DNA of 64,000 bases from Antedon mediterranea (GCF_964355755.1 NC_092670.1:39916388-39980387); one strand, 5' to 3'. Positions 51,155 through 64,000 are shown, counted from the stretch's first letter. Translations and numbers: made by a program. Notes: generated from the sequence alone by a model not told the origin.

Positions 51155-52673
51155 GAAGGAATGTTTGTTTTGCAACTTAAATCTTGTAAAGCTTCACATG
51201 ATATTCTACTTTTGTATACAAAAGTCAACTGTAATGCTGTGCAGCACTGTTTAGTACAGTAACAGAAATAAAGTATAAGAACAATACACAATAAATACAA
51301 TATTTGTAAAGCTTTTTTTTTTGTTCTAGTTTGAAAATTGTTCTTTAAAAACTTTATTTGAAAAATAACTGAAACAAACCTTGATGCACTTGTGGGGCGG
51401 GGCAATGAGAAAATAGTAAATGCAAAACTACCAACAATATTTTAAAAATAAACTATGGTCAGGGGTTGATCCAGCATTATAGAGGTGGGCTAAATATTTT
51501 ATAAATAATCCTGTCTGGTTGTAGGAAAATAAAAATAGCTATTATTTTAAAAAGACATGGCTGTTAAATTTTAGCCTAAATCCGCACCTGATGGCCGTAT
51601 GAAAATTCATTTTCCGTGGTCCGATTTTTAATGAAATTTAAGACAATTTAAAATTCAATCAAACCCTTGCATACATCATGTCAATAGCGTAATCGGACAC
51701 CATTGGTTAAGAGTTATTCATGGATAGGTTTAGTAGTTGATAAACAGTTTTTCGAAACTTCTGTTTTAAGGTTTAATGTCGGTGCTTTACAAAGGCTAGT
51801 GGATTTTGATTGTTCGTTGATGTTGCCGCCAGTAGAAGTAGTTTTTATTCGTCCATGTAAATATACATGAAAATAAACTGCATGCATATGTTTACGAACT
51901 GTACGGTGGTATGTATAGTATGATTTTTTTTTGCAAGTTGCATTTTAAAATTACTATACATTTTACATAATACAGTAATAATAATAATGCCTTTCTCCAT
52001 AAATTTATTTATCCTTTTTGTAACAATAATTTTTAATGTTGGCCTGTTGAGCCGTAAAATGTGTAAAAAGACATTTTTGCAAAATGTGGTTGTTTGCACA
52101 TTTCACGGCTCGGCTTACCACCTCGTCTTAGTAATGAAAGTAATGTAAACGTAACCGTAAAAAGGACCCCATTGGATAAAAAAAATACTACTACTGTACC
52201 AGGGAGTGACTCAAATTACAATTTCATCATCTCTGATCAAACAAATCGCATAAAATAGAAGTATAACGTTTTTCACTCGTCTTGTCGGGTGGCGGAGCGT
52301 CGGCGTAAGTAGGCCTACATCGGCTGATCAACAATATCAGAAATAAATTAAACAATGCATTATTGAAGTTCATTTTAATATTTCAACAAGTTTACATGCG
52401 CATTACGTGCAAAAGTTCAATTGGTCGATTTTCGATTAATTTCTAAACAAAAACTACTAGGCCTATAGATAGAATTTAAAATTAATCAAATAAATTCATC
52501 AACAAAAACTGGAATTCTTATGTCGTTCAAAAACTGTATTCATCATTTTCGAGTGTTTTTTCTACAACTTTAACTCTGTCTTTCTTTATGAGTTGCTTAC
52601 TAAGCTGTGAATACAAAAATATTGTGTAGGCCTATTAGCTTTTGAATAACTTCTTAGTCTTATTAGGCCTACG

Positions 52674-52788
52674 TCTTTGGGAGTGGAGTTTTAATTTTGT
52701 CCTTAGAATAAATCCTGACACGTGACGGGACTTGAACCCAGGACCCTTGGAGTGGTAGCCAAGCAACAACCACAACTCCACTCCACAA
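52674..52788 (-). mobile_element. tRNA-derived SINE (same family as 25997-26115)
   Basis: Shared sequence GCTTGGCTACCACTC..GGGTCCTGGGTTCAAGTCC..TGTCAGGAT. Confidence 0.7.
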
Positions 52789-53595
52789 CGTATAGATTCG
52801 ATATTTAACAACTTCATTGTCTGTCGAGACGCATGTGTATATCTAAATGTTACCAAACCATTTTACCTTCATACACCTTTACTTCACAAAGACTAAGAAC
52901 TCTATCTCCAGGAATATATACACTGACGTATCACCCGTTGATTGGTCCATTTGGCAGGATTCGAATGAGGTGGCCGGGTTGTTCCACCAATACGGACTTG
53001 AGCATCAACTAGCCTATCGGCTAGAATAGAAGAAGTAAACAGACGTACTTAATATTCTTTAAATAAGTAAATTTTAAAACGAAAAAAATTGAATTAGTAC
53101 TTAAGTTATTAGCAAGACCTTTTTATGGTGTGGCCGCATATTTATATTATAATATTAAATTAATTAAAAAGGTGAAACTGACAATGGGTTGATTTTAAAA
53201 TCTCAATTTTACTTCGGTTTTGTTTACTTAGATGAAATGCATTTGCTAACTCAAACACTTAAAATATATGTTTAGGCCTATACCGTATTAAAACTTCAGA
53301 ACTGTCATTGAAAGGCTATCAGCATTTTTACAGAATTTCATAGTATTAGCATTCAATAAGTTTTACCTTTGATAATCTTTGTTATTTGTTCTCGTTTTAT
53401 GCCAAATAAAAGAATAAATGAGTTCAGTTCATTAGAATAACAACAAATGTATATATATATATATATATACAACATAAGCCAACATTAAGCTCTGTCTACA
53501 TTATCAAACTAATTATTATATGGGAACATCACATTTGTCACATAAAGTTGGATAGTGTAGACAGACCTTTAGAATGTGTTTTTTTACCACAGCAA

Positions 53596-55725
53596 TCTGC
53601 TCTGTTATCTGCTCTGTTATCTGCTCTGTTATCTGCTCTGTTATCTGCTCTGTTATCTGCTCTGTTACCTGCTCTGTTATCTGCTCTGTTATCTGCTCTG
53701 TTATCTGCTCTGTTACCTGCTCTGTTACCTGCTCTGTTATCTGCTCTGTTACCTGCTCTGTTACCTGCTCTGTTACCTGCTCTGTTATCTGCTCTGTTAT
53801 CTGCTCTGTTATCTGCTCTGTTATCTGCTCTGTTACCTGCTCTGTTACCTGCTCTGTTATCTGCTCTGTTATCTGCTCTGTTACCTGCTCTGTTATCTGC
53901 TCTGTTATCTGCTCTGTTATCTGCTCTGTTATCTGCTCTGTTACCTGCTCTGTTATCTGCTCTGTTATCTGCTCTGTTATCTGCTCTGTTATCTGCTCTG
54001 TTACCTGCTCTGTTATCTGCTCTGTTACCTGCTCTGTTATCTGCTCTGTTATCTGCTCTGTTATCTGCTCTGTTACCTGCTCTGTTATCTGCTCTGTTAT
54101 CTGCTCTGTTACCTGCTCTGTTACCTGCTCTGTTACCTGCTCTGTTATCTGCTCTGTTATCTGCTCTGTTACCTGCTCTGTTACCTGCTCTGTTATCTGC
54201 TCTGTTACCTGCTCTGTTATCTGCTCTGTTACCTGCTCTGTTATCTGCTCTGTTATCTGCTCTGTTATCTGCTCTGTTATCTGCTCTGTTACCTGCTCTG
54301 TTACCTGCTCTGTTATCTGCTCTGTTATCTGCTCTGTTATCTGCTCTGTTATCTGCTCTGTTACCTGCTCTGTTACCTGCTCTGTTACCTGCTCTGTTAT
54401 CTGCTCTGTTATCTGCTCTGTTATCTGCTCTGTTACCTGCTCTGTTATCTGCTCTGTTATCTGCTCTGTTATCTGCTCTGTTACCTGCTCTGTTATCTGC
54501 TCTGTTATCTGCTCTGTTATCTGCTCTGTTATCTGCTCTGTTATCTGCTCTGTTATCTGCTCTGTTACCTGCTCTGTTATCTGCTCTGTTACCTGCTCTG
54601 TTACCTGCTCTGTTATCTGCTCTGTTATCTGCTCTGTTATCTGCTCTGTTACCTGCTCTGTTATCTGCTCTGTTATCTGCTCTGTTACCTGCTCTGTTAC
54701 CTGCTCTGTTACCTGCTCTGTTATCTGCTCTGTTACCTGCTCTGTTACCTGCTCTGTTACCTGCTCTGTTATCTGCTCTGTTATCTGCTCTGTTATCTGC
54801 TCTGTTACCTGCTCTGTTACCTGCTCTGTTATCTGCTCTGTTATCTGCTCTGTTATCTGCTCTGTTACCTGCTCTGTTATCTGCTCCGTTATCTGCTCCG
54901 TTATCTGCTCTGTTATCTGCTCTGTTACCTGCTCTGTTATCTGCTCTGTTATCTGCTCTGTTATCTGCTCTGTTATCTGCTCTGTTATCTGCTCTGTTAT
55001 CTGCTCTGTTATCTGCTCTGTTACCTGCTCTGTTACCTGCTCTGTTACCTGCTCTGTTACCTGCTCTGTTACCTGCTCTGTTATCTGCTCTGTTATCTGC
55101 TCTGTTACCTGCTCTGTTACCTGCTCTGTTACCTGCTCTGTTATCTGCTCTGTTATCTGCTCTGTTATCTGCTCTGTTATCTGCTCTGTTACCTGCTCTG
55201 TTACAGTAACCTGCTCTGTTATCTGCTCTGTTATCTGCTCTGTTATCTGCTCTGTTACCTGCTCTGTTACCTGCTCTGTTACCTGCTCTGTCATCTGCTC
55301 TGTTATCTGCTCTGTTATCTGCTCTGTTATCTGCTCTGTTATCTGCTCTGTTATCTGCTCTGTTACCTGCTCTGTTACCTGCTCTGTTACCTGCTCTGTT
55401 ATCTGCTCTGTTATCTGCTCTGTTATCTGCTCTGTTATCTGCTCTGTTATCTGCTCTCTTATCTGCTCTGTTATCTGCTCTGTTACCTGCTCTGTTATCT
55501 GCTCTGTTATCTGCTCTGTTATCTGCTCTGTTATCTGCTCTGTTATCTGCTCTGTTATCTGCTCTGTTACCTGCTCTGTTATCTGCTCTGTTATCTGCTC
55601 TGTTATCTGCTCTGTTATCTGCTCTGTTATCTGCTCTGTTATCTGCTCTGTTATCTGCTCTGTTTCCTGCTCTGTTACCTGCTCTGTTATCTGCTCTGTT
55701 ATCTGCTCTGTTATCTGCTCTGTTA
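53596..55725. repeat. 12-bp satellite (T/C)CTGCTCTGTTA, about 177 copies
   Basis: Direct reading. Explains the five long repetitive ORFs in the track. Confidence 0.98.
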
Positions 55726-56029
55726 TATATCACAACCTTCAAGACGGTTTTGGGGGAACCGAAATCAGAATACCACCAAGGGTGTTTTATTTATTTACCA
55801 GATTTCTATAGCGCCCTTTTCATGAAAACTCATGCTCAAAGGCGCTTCACATCATAAAGACAAACATCATAAGCAATAATTACAAAAGTAACCTCAAATT
55901 ATACGAAATAAGATTTCTTAAACTAAGTTATAAATATTCTTACTGTACATTAATTAAAATCGCATAAAATAGAAAAATAAAATGAACCTCTTAAAAAAAA
56001 ATACCGAAATTTATTAATGCACGCAAATT

Positions 56030-56272
56030 AAATGATAATATTGATATGGTAATGATAAAGATGATATGAATGATGATATGGTAATAACGATGATAATGAT
56101 AATCATAAGTATGGCGATGATGATCATAATATGATATGGTATTGAATATGATGATGATATGATGATATTATGTTACTAATGAAGAAGACGATGATGATGA
56201 TGATGATAATAAAGATGATGATGATGACAATGATTATGATAAGGAGGACGATGATGACAATATGATGATGAC
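56030..56272. repeat. Degenerate (GAT)n microsatellite
   Basis: Direct reading; abuts the truncated FTP exon. Confidence 0.8.
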
Positions 56273-58435
56273 AAAGACTCATGCATGATCCCTTTCCCGA
56301 CAGAAAACGTGTATCTATGTTTCCATCAATGGCTCTTATAGCAGGACCACCTTCGTAATATGTTGAACTTTGTCTTGCGGCTATAAAAGGAGTTACTGGT
56401 ACGTTCTCTAAAAGAAACGTTTTATTTTATATTAAAATTATTTTCTTTAAAAAAACCCACTAAAATACTCATATAAATAATATTAATTAAAGAGTACCCA
56501 TAATTAATAATTAATAATAAATAATTCTTACCATAAATCTGAACTTCACAAAGAGTAAGACAGTTTGATCCAGGTAACCTAATACTGACGAACTTTCCAT
56601 TGATTGGCTGGTGACATATAATTTCAATAGGGTTTACTTTATCGGAAGAAATAATTCCACATCGTCGATTTCCATCAAAAGGTGGGACCTTGCTGTATCC
56701 AATACGAATGTCAACATTGGCTAAACTGTCCTGTGATTGGTTTGTTACATACAATTATTTCGATGGGATTTCAACCAATCATAGCATTTACCGCATTGTA
56801 CATTGTCAGTAAAACGAGACATGCTTTTTCCAACACGAGTGTGAGCATCAATGAATCTATCAGTTTGTTAAAAAAATATTATGTAATTACTAGGATTTTG
56901 CCTATTTTTAAATGAATGAAGCAATTAATATTATTTTTTTCAGGGGACAATACATCTTTAAATAAATAAAACATTTACTACTGTGCTTGCTAACCACACA
57001 ATACTCGTTAAAACTATATTATATCATAACTTATAAAGAAATTCAAATGTAAAAATCCAATACAATGCCACTTCTTTTGCATTATTTGTTTTTCCAACGT
57101 GTAAGGCAGTAACCATAGTAACCATAGAGTGCGATATTGAATCAAATGAATATGCAGGAAGCGATGACGTAAGCTTAGAAAAGTTCCCTCTATAAGTTAT
57201 ATATGATTGGATTTCTAATTAGTTTTTGTTTTAAACTGAGTTGTCTTTTAGCGATAACATCTCTTTGATAAACACTGTACTGTCGCGCGGATCGAAAGTT
57301 TTGTCCGTTTTGGCGCTATTTTACCGAATCGGTTGGTGGCGCGCGTTGGAATGTAATCTAATTTGCATACCACGAGTCTCTTCCAAATGGTTGTAGTATG
57401 GGCGCGCCAGGAAACGACATTTTATTTTCACGAAAGAAAGATGTACGTTTTTACCTTATCTTGAATTTACCTTGAAGATGTAGGATTTGATCAGAACTAA
57501 GCTTTGTCCCTTCGACGTCATAGCGGACAACTCTTCAGTCATTTACACATGATGTGATGTGGTTGCTAACGTTGTAAATGTAAGTAGACATTAAAACTAT
57601 TCTAACTTGATCTCGTTGCATGTATATATATTTCCGATAATCAAAGTATTGTTACTTTGTTGATGTTTTTGTTGTTAGAAGGTGACGCTACACCAATTAA
57701 ATGTATTCTAAGACAGGCTCTCTGAAACAAGATGTGTTACTGCATTAGGTATCTGAAAAATGGCCCCATAAATTTACTTGCTATGTTACGTAACAAATAA
57801 GGGAAAGTTAGGTAAAGGAATCATCTCAAAAGAGTATATTAATAGTTATATTGACATAGGCCTACTACCTGCATGTTAATAACTTTACCATTTCCACGTT
57901 GATGTTAAACTATTGGGCTGATTTCAATCAAACTTGGTCAATACAATTCAAGAAGTGGTTGAATTTTAGGGTCGAAAGTCACAAAATTCTCTGACTGGGT
58001 TCAAGTTCTATAGAACATATTATCTTTAGTTATTCTTTCATTCTTTTTAAGCAACCCACTCCCTCGCGCATGATATCTTCAAAAGGGTGAACCACCATAA
58101 AGACTATACTATACTTCCTATATTACATTATTTTAAAACATTGCACTGTGAAGCTTGTACATTTATTTTACAATAAAAGAATGTTGTGTATCTCCGGCAA
58201 TTCTACGACACATTTGAAGATTGAAGTCAACATCATCGGCAGGCGGCGGTACCTGAAAGAATTGAATGATACAACATTAAATGTACCATGATACTCCAGT
58301 ATGCGATGTGCCCATATATGGATATCATTGCCATATTTGGGAACATCACACTTTTTCTTAAAATTAGTTGGATAGTGTAGACAGAGCATTAGACGTCTAA
58401 TTTTAATTTCAGTTAATTCTGTACTGTTTGCCTAC

Positions 58436-59658
58436 CATTTGAGTTTCATCAGAAATCCGCTCAGTGTCCATTTCAAGATACTCTTCGTCAGTATTACCGT
58501 TTCTTTCACTTTCATTCTACAGTACACTGAATCGTGACTGTTTAAATGAGTATTTTTCAAACGAAATCTGCAACCTGCAGGAAGATCAGAACCGTCGCCA
58601 CTCGTTTCGTACCATAGTTTTTCGTGTTTCAGTGTCTATTGATGAAACAGTATACAATGTATTACAATAACTAATAACAAAGCAATTGTTTTCGTAATGA
58701 TATATCGTGGTGATTTGGACATAAGAAACATTTCTAATGGCCAGTTTATTACGAAACTTGCCAAAATGCATGCGCAGAATTTTACAAGGCTTTATCCCAA
58801 CATATCTTTTTGTTGTCAGTTTGTTTAGTATTTAGCTATTGTGCATGCACAGATTAAACCCCTTTCTTACCATTTCAAGTTTGTACGCCATCCATCCTTT
58901 ATCTATTTCAAATTTACTTTGACATATTCTCCAGTGTTTTATAGTCGAATTATTTGCACATCATCACGTGGAGTTTCTTTATTTCTGCTCTGATATTTTA
59001 TAACCGCCTAAAATAATGATGTGGTAACAATTCTGTTATTGGCAATTAGCTCACATTTCATTATCTACAACAGTTTTATGTTTATTGTCGCCTGAAATCT
59101 ACTCGCCGTGCTGTCGATGCTGAATTTGGAAACTTACGTACCTCCTTATCGTATAGATTAAATGCTCGAACTTTAAATATGTATGTGTTGCCTCCATTGT
59201 AATCTTTGCCAAATGAACAAATATTCATTCGTTTTATCCCTTCCTTCTCGGCAACACCGGCCATTGTGATACCAGTGAAATGTTTGACCATAACTATGCA
59301 ATGATCTTCGTAAACAAAGCTTATTCCTTCAGAGTGTCATCAATTGGTTCCCAATCAGAATCTGCATTGCTTGAATCCTTTATTTTTCCTGAAAATGTCC
59401 AGTGGTCTTTGTTTTCAGCGCAATGTGGAAACGTCAGAACGAACGGCACTTCAAATGTAGTCCCTGGTGGTCCGCAGTTTATGATAGGAGCAACTCGTGT
59501 TTCATTTGGCTGTTCATCTGGATCTACTGTAAGTAAATATAGACTTCTTTTCTATTGTTCCTCGAGAAATTGCACCTTCTGGGATGAATAGATTGACATC
59601 GGCATCTTTAATAGCTAGGTTACCGTCTTTATGGTCAAATATTCCGGCAGCAAATATG

Positions 59659-59692
<34 letters not shown>

Positions 59693-59803
59693 ATTCAGAT
59701 ACATCTTTCAATTTCAGCATTGAAACCTTCACACGGAAAATGCGAAGCATCTTTTCCAAGACAGTGCCTTGTTCGTCTTTGATAGGCTTTGCTGGTCCAA
59801 GAT
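58436..59803 (-). pseudogene. ZU5/UPA-domain (UNC5-like) pseudogene
   Basis: AAGIFDHKDGNLAIKDADVNLFIPEGAI, RVAPIINCGPPGTTFEVPFVLTFPHCA and VKHFTG..KRMNICSFG lie in shifting frames with stops; ~30-nt T run inside the exon. Confidence 0.75.
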
Positions 59804-60125
59804 CTAAATTATAAATGATTAAATAATTCTTCCATGATTTTACTGGTAGGAGTTCATACGGAGATAGTTAGAGAAAATGTGATTCGTTTCTATACTGAAA
59901 TCCATTAATTTCATCATTAAAATACTGTTTTTATAGAAAATAATCTCAATTAAATACATTTATAGTTGTACCTCTTACCACGCCGAGGATATTAAATAAT
60001 TTGCTATTGAATTTGAACCATACCATGGAAGTCCCAGTCTAATTTTTGACATCTACAGGGTTCGAATATCTTTTTCTCATTCTCACGGATTTCCTCATTT
60101 TACCGTTTAAAGTATATCAAATTAA

Positions 60126-60754
60126 AGACCCCTTCCCTGCAATTTTGGACGTTTTTTGGAAAATTATACATATATATCACTTTAAAAACATTAAACCATG
60201 TCATTTCTTGTCTTAAATGTACGTTTTATGGTAAATTATGATAAAAAGTGAGAAACAATGCACTACCTATAAGTAGCTCGCGGCGATCGACCTCTCGTGG
60301 ACGGTCTTAGGCCTAGCCTAGCTAGGCTTAGTTTTGTAGGCCTAGCTGGTAAACATCGGTAACGTACGAACATCGTACGCGAGCTATATACCTAGCCTGA
60401 CGTTGTATAGTTGCTGCATTAATTGTCTTTCTATTTTTGCCAGACTCCGTTGATACAAATTGGGGAAAACCCGGTATTTTCGCTGAAAAGTTAGGAGTCT
60501 TCCATTTGTTTTGGCCTCACCGATCGATCGAAAAGTGGGCGAATTACAGGTGAAAAACAAAAATATCAATCCGCGCGCAATGCATTTTGGGATTTATAGC
60601 GGGCCGCTATAATTATTAGAATCTACTTATTTTTCACATTTTTAACCGTTTAAAGACGAAAAAAGTTATCGCAATAGGACCATATAGTATTATTTTTACA
60701 TTAAATATAGTTTGTGATCTTAAATTAGATCTAAAAAACGTAGGGAATGGGGCT
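60126..60754. mobile_element. Kolobok-like non-autonomous element
   Basis: TTAA TSD, imperfect TIR AGACCCCTTCCCT/AGGGAATGGGGCT, AG terminus. Confidence 0.6.
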
Positions 60755-60978
60755 TTAAGTGTTACAAATATATGGAGTCAACTATCCGTCTGTGAGGCTG
60801 GGACGCGGTGTCTTTGAATGTTGATCGGAAGTCAATGCTTGTAAGATTCCTAGTCCACATAGGCCGAAAGTAGGTTTTCAGAACTTTGTGTATTTTAGTG
60901 ATGTAATCGAGTACAGGTACTACACTCAGATTAGTGGTAAGTATTGTCTCTTTTTATAAGACAATTTCAGATGTTCGG

Positions 60979-61440
60979 TTATCTTAGATACTTCTGAATG
61001 GGTTTCTTTATGTACCCTTTCACTTCGGACAGATCCTTAATTTCTTTTAATATGCCTGTCAGGTGGTTGTGAAAGTCAAAGTGTTTCAGATTGTTAACTT
61101 CATGTATGACTATGGGTACAGTTTCTTTAATCAAAAGCAACAATTCACGGAACATGTTTAATGGTCGTTGAATCCAGATGCCTTTATTTGGAAATGTTTC
61201 ATATGCACGGATAACAACTTCTAACGTTGGCGTTCTCTTCAACTTTAATTTCTGTCCTGTTTCTTTAAAATATTTGGATACAAGAAAATCCAAATCTTCG
61301 AGAAGCAATTTGATTGATCCTCTTACATCATCCCAAGTAGGTTTCATTTTGTTGTAGCATGTATCTAAAGATTTAACTGTCAGTACTACTGATTGCCCAT
61401 CTATTGCTGACATAGCGTACCTGTATAGCCACCGACACCT
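60979..61440 (-). CDS. Orphan ORF/terminal exon, ~145-155 aa, predicted helical, function unknown
   Basis: 460-nt stop-free frame in AT-rich DNA, preceded by a TTTTCACTCTAAG acceptor; protein-like composition; no family recognised. Confidence 0.45.
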   Translation of the reverse strand, partial: RCRWLYRYAMSAIDGQSVVLTVKSLDTCYNKMKPTWDDVRGSIKLLLEDLDFLVSKYFKETGQKLKLKRTPTLEVVIRAYETFPNKGIWIQRPLNMFRELLLLIKETVPIVIHEVNNLKHFDFHNHLTGILKEIKDLSEVKGYIKKPIQKYLR

Positions 61441-61933
61441 TAGAGTGAAAAAAACGAACATAGAATCAAATTAATCGGTTCCATTATTACCGTCACATCT
61501 TTATTATCATTATTGTCGTCATATGATATTATAAACAATATTTCTTTGTTAATCAATTCTGCCTGAAACGTCAACAAGTTTCTCAGCCATACAAACCATT
61601 AAACAATACTGAAGAAACTATAGTAACTTATTATTTTAGATATGGCCAATATTTAATAATACATATTGCTGCCGAATCTACTCTGTAATTGACCCTGGGG
61701 TAAAAAGTAATCATGCCATGCACCGATACAGTTATTGGATATCGTTCCCATATGCCTATGTTATGTTCCTAAATATTATGCAATAACAATACATTTATCC
61801 TGTATCCTATCCTATATTTTTGTGGCGTCCGGTCTATTCGTATCCAGTGTGAGTTTTGGAAGGTTACGGTTTGTATGGAGCAATATGTATTGCCCTTCCC
61901 AGGTAAAAATTCCAGTTGAGAACAGTTGGAAAT

Positions 61934-62295
61934 TTCAACTGGTCCAACTGGTCTTCAACTGGTCTAACTGGTTTCCAACTGGTTCAACTGGTTTTAACAA
62001 CTGGTCAACTGGTTTTAACAACTGGTCAACTGGTTTTTCCAACTGGTCAACTGGTTTTTCCAACTGGTCAACTGGTTTTTCAACTGGTCAACTGGTTTTT
62101 CAACTGGTCAACTGGTTTTTCAAACTGGTCAACTGGTTTTTCAACTGGTCAACTGGTTTTTCAAACTGGTCAACTGGTTTTTCAAACTGGTCAACTGGTT
62201 TTTCAACAGGTCAACTGGTTTTTCCAACTGGCCAACTGGTATTCCCAAAGCTCAACTGAGTTCAACTAGTCAACTGGTCCAATCGGTTTTTCAAC
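61934..62295. repeat. CAACTGGT-based minisatellite (~20-21 bp period)
   Basis: CAACTGGTCAACTGGTTTTT repeated. Confidence 0.9.
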
Positions 62296-62619
62296 CGGGC
62301 AAGGTTGTTTCAATTGGTTTTGCAACTAGTTTTTTTCCTAACAACCAAGGGAATTCGGAGAAGAGCGAAAGCGGATGGCTGGGTGTACGTCGTGGGAGTA
62401 CGGGAGAGGACCCAGGGGGACCCAGGGGAGAGGTGGGGGGGGGGTGTTCTGGGTTGAGGTGACGGGAATAGAAGCAGGTCCGTAATTACCATTCAAAATA
62501 CAATTAATATTATTATTTGTAATCCTATATTATTGCAACAAACAATTATTTAAATTAAATCAAATAAAATCGATTAAAGAATAAGAAATACTGCACAACT
62601 TTTTGAAAATAATGGAGCA

Positions 62620-63558
62620 TGCGTCCTATAGGCCGGCAGACCGTAAACAACCAATCAGAAAACTGCAAGCCAACAGCCAAAAACGGCTCCCTTTGTTTGT
62701 GACAGTGTAGCTCGGCGGCAAAATCGGCGATCACGCAGCACAGAGATGCCAGGTCTAGAATGGGTATTATTGGCTAATCGCATCAAATTAAGGATGAGGC
62801 ACAAATCTTGCTGTTTTATAAAAGGTAGGCCTGACATATATGTCTATTATTATCTCTTATTACTATAGGCATAGGCCTACAAACTATGATCAAAGATCGA
62901 CAACAAAATGGAGGCCTCGCCGCTCGCTGCATGCTGGCTAGTAGTAAGCTAGGCGCTTCAGCCTTGGCTTGCCCCACCTTGCTAGCTGATTGATTACATG
63001 GCTGTGTACGACCGCAAATTGTCTTATTGGCCTCTACATAGTACTAGCCTATAGTAGGCTAGAAACAAAGCCCAACAATACTATATTATTAACCTATTAT
63101 TAGCCTACATGTCATTACCACACAAACGAGATTTATTTCCATTCATTCATGATCACTTTTGTTATTTTGGCCTACTAGGCTAGGCCTCTAAAGTCTAGCC
63201 CTAGTTTTAGGCCTCTAAAGTCTAGCCCTAGGCCTCTAGTAGTTGTAGGCCCGAACTAGCTACAGTAGTACTACTGTTCTGCATGTTGTATTATCACTAC
63301 TCTAGCTAGTGTCGTGATGACATGCATGGCTGCTATTTTAACATATCCTAAGCCTAGGCTAGCCTACTAATCTAATAATAAAGCAAACTAATCCATGCTG
63401 TTTTAGTCTGTCTCCGTTTCCTTAAACTAAATATCCTATATTTCTTAATTTTCCTTCAATTTTTTTCATACACAATTGCAGGTGATTTCCAGTTTACTTG
63501 AATACAACCAACAAGGCTATAAACCAACCAAAAAAGTACAGCAGTACAATTTGAAGGG
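62620..63558 (+). other. Probable promoter and 5'-UTR exons of a gene continuing past the right edge
   Basis: CpG-richer segment with CCAAT (62651), donor AG|GTAGGC at ~62824, AGGCCTA cluster, polypyrimidine/CAG acceptor at 63481 and donor GTAAAT at ~63558. Confidence 0.35.
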
Positions 63559-64000
63559 TAAATATATTTATGTATACTTTCTTTCTTGGAATGATCCAAA
63601 AAAATAGTTATTTATATGGCTTTTGGCCCAAATAATATACAATGTAACAATTCAATCAATAACATTAGAGTGCGTTTAAGAATTCTGTTCTACGTTAAAA
63701 TGAAAAAAATATATATATTTTCCAAGCTTAGTAATGAGATATTTGTAATAGACATAAGATAAATATATTTTAATTTAGAGGGTTATTTATTTGTATAAAA
63801 TGAAAATATATTTAGTTCTAATATCTGAATAAAAGGGACAAACTAAAGTGAAATGATACTCATCTTCAATAGAGAGAAATGGCGAACCGACGCACGTCTA
63901 AAATCCGAGTGGGTATAAAATCATAAACCGTTGAGGGCGACACATTTCCTATGTTTATACACGTGAATCATGGCGTTGTCTAACCAATGTTGTTGCTGTA

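Larger units (their letters stand above)
52854..56861 (-). pseudogene. Degenerate tandem F-type lectin (FTP) gene
   Basis: Exon remnants 56532-56861 (two fused FTP halves; VDIRIG..CG..GKFVSIRL..LTLCEVQIY), 56280-56408 (ARQSSTY..RAIDGN..SC) and 52857-53021 (LVDAQVRIG, frameshift and TGA, then YVSVYIPG..LSLCEVKVY). Confidence 0.7.

Noticed and set aside
53516-55825. Five ORFs of 550-750 aa (TEQI, RADN, LSAL, CSVI, YLLC repeats)
   Set aside because: By-products of a 12-bp unit lacking stop codons; no unique sequence or domain, and open on both strands.
56030-56272. Asp-rich biomineralisation-type exon
   Set aside because: Interrupted by stops and frame changes, with no splice signals; a degenerate GAT microsatellite.

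Overview
AT-rich, intron-containing animal genomic DNA, not prokaryotic. An invertebrate deuterostome such as an echinoderm is my inference from gene content and repeat style. Genes reconstructed by eye, left to right: a UBA-UBX p97-cofactor-like gene that runs off the left edge (-), a secreted F-type lectin/split-kringle/LamG/PAN gene (-), ATP5F1B (-), TMEM98 (+), a secreted (SMB-EGF-EGF)x2 gene (+), RPS2 (-, hosting C/D snoRNAs), OXLD1 (-) head-to-head with CCDC137 (+), and ERCC6/CSB (-) head-to-head with RPS9 (+). The last ~12 kb is decayed: an F-type lectin pseudogene split by a 2.1-kb 12-bp satellite, a ZU5/UPA pseudogene, an orphan ORF and the probable 5' end of another gene. Repeats include about 17 copies of one Harbinger-like MITE, Sola2-, Kolobok- and Tc1/mariner-like elements, tRNA-derived SINEs and several minisatellites. 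Most interesting: a kringle domain split by a ~170-aa insert; two snoRNAs predicted to target the yeast snR57 site; Tyr-to-His changes around the aurovertin pocket of ATP synthase beta; local duplications at MITE ends; and AGGCCTAG clusters downstream of most putative promoters. No single clear-cut novel multi-gene system was found. Exon coordinates were read manually and may be off by a few bases.
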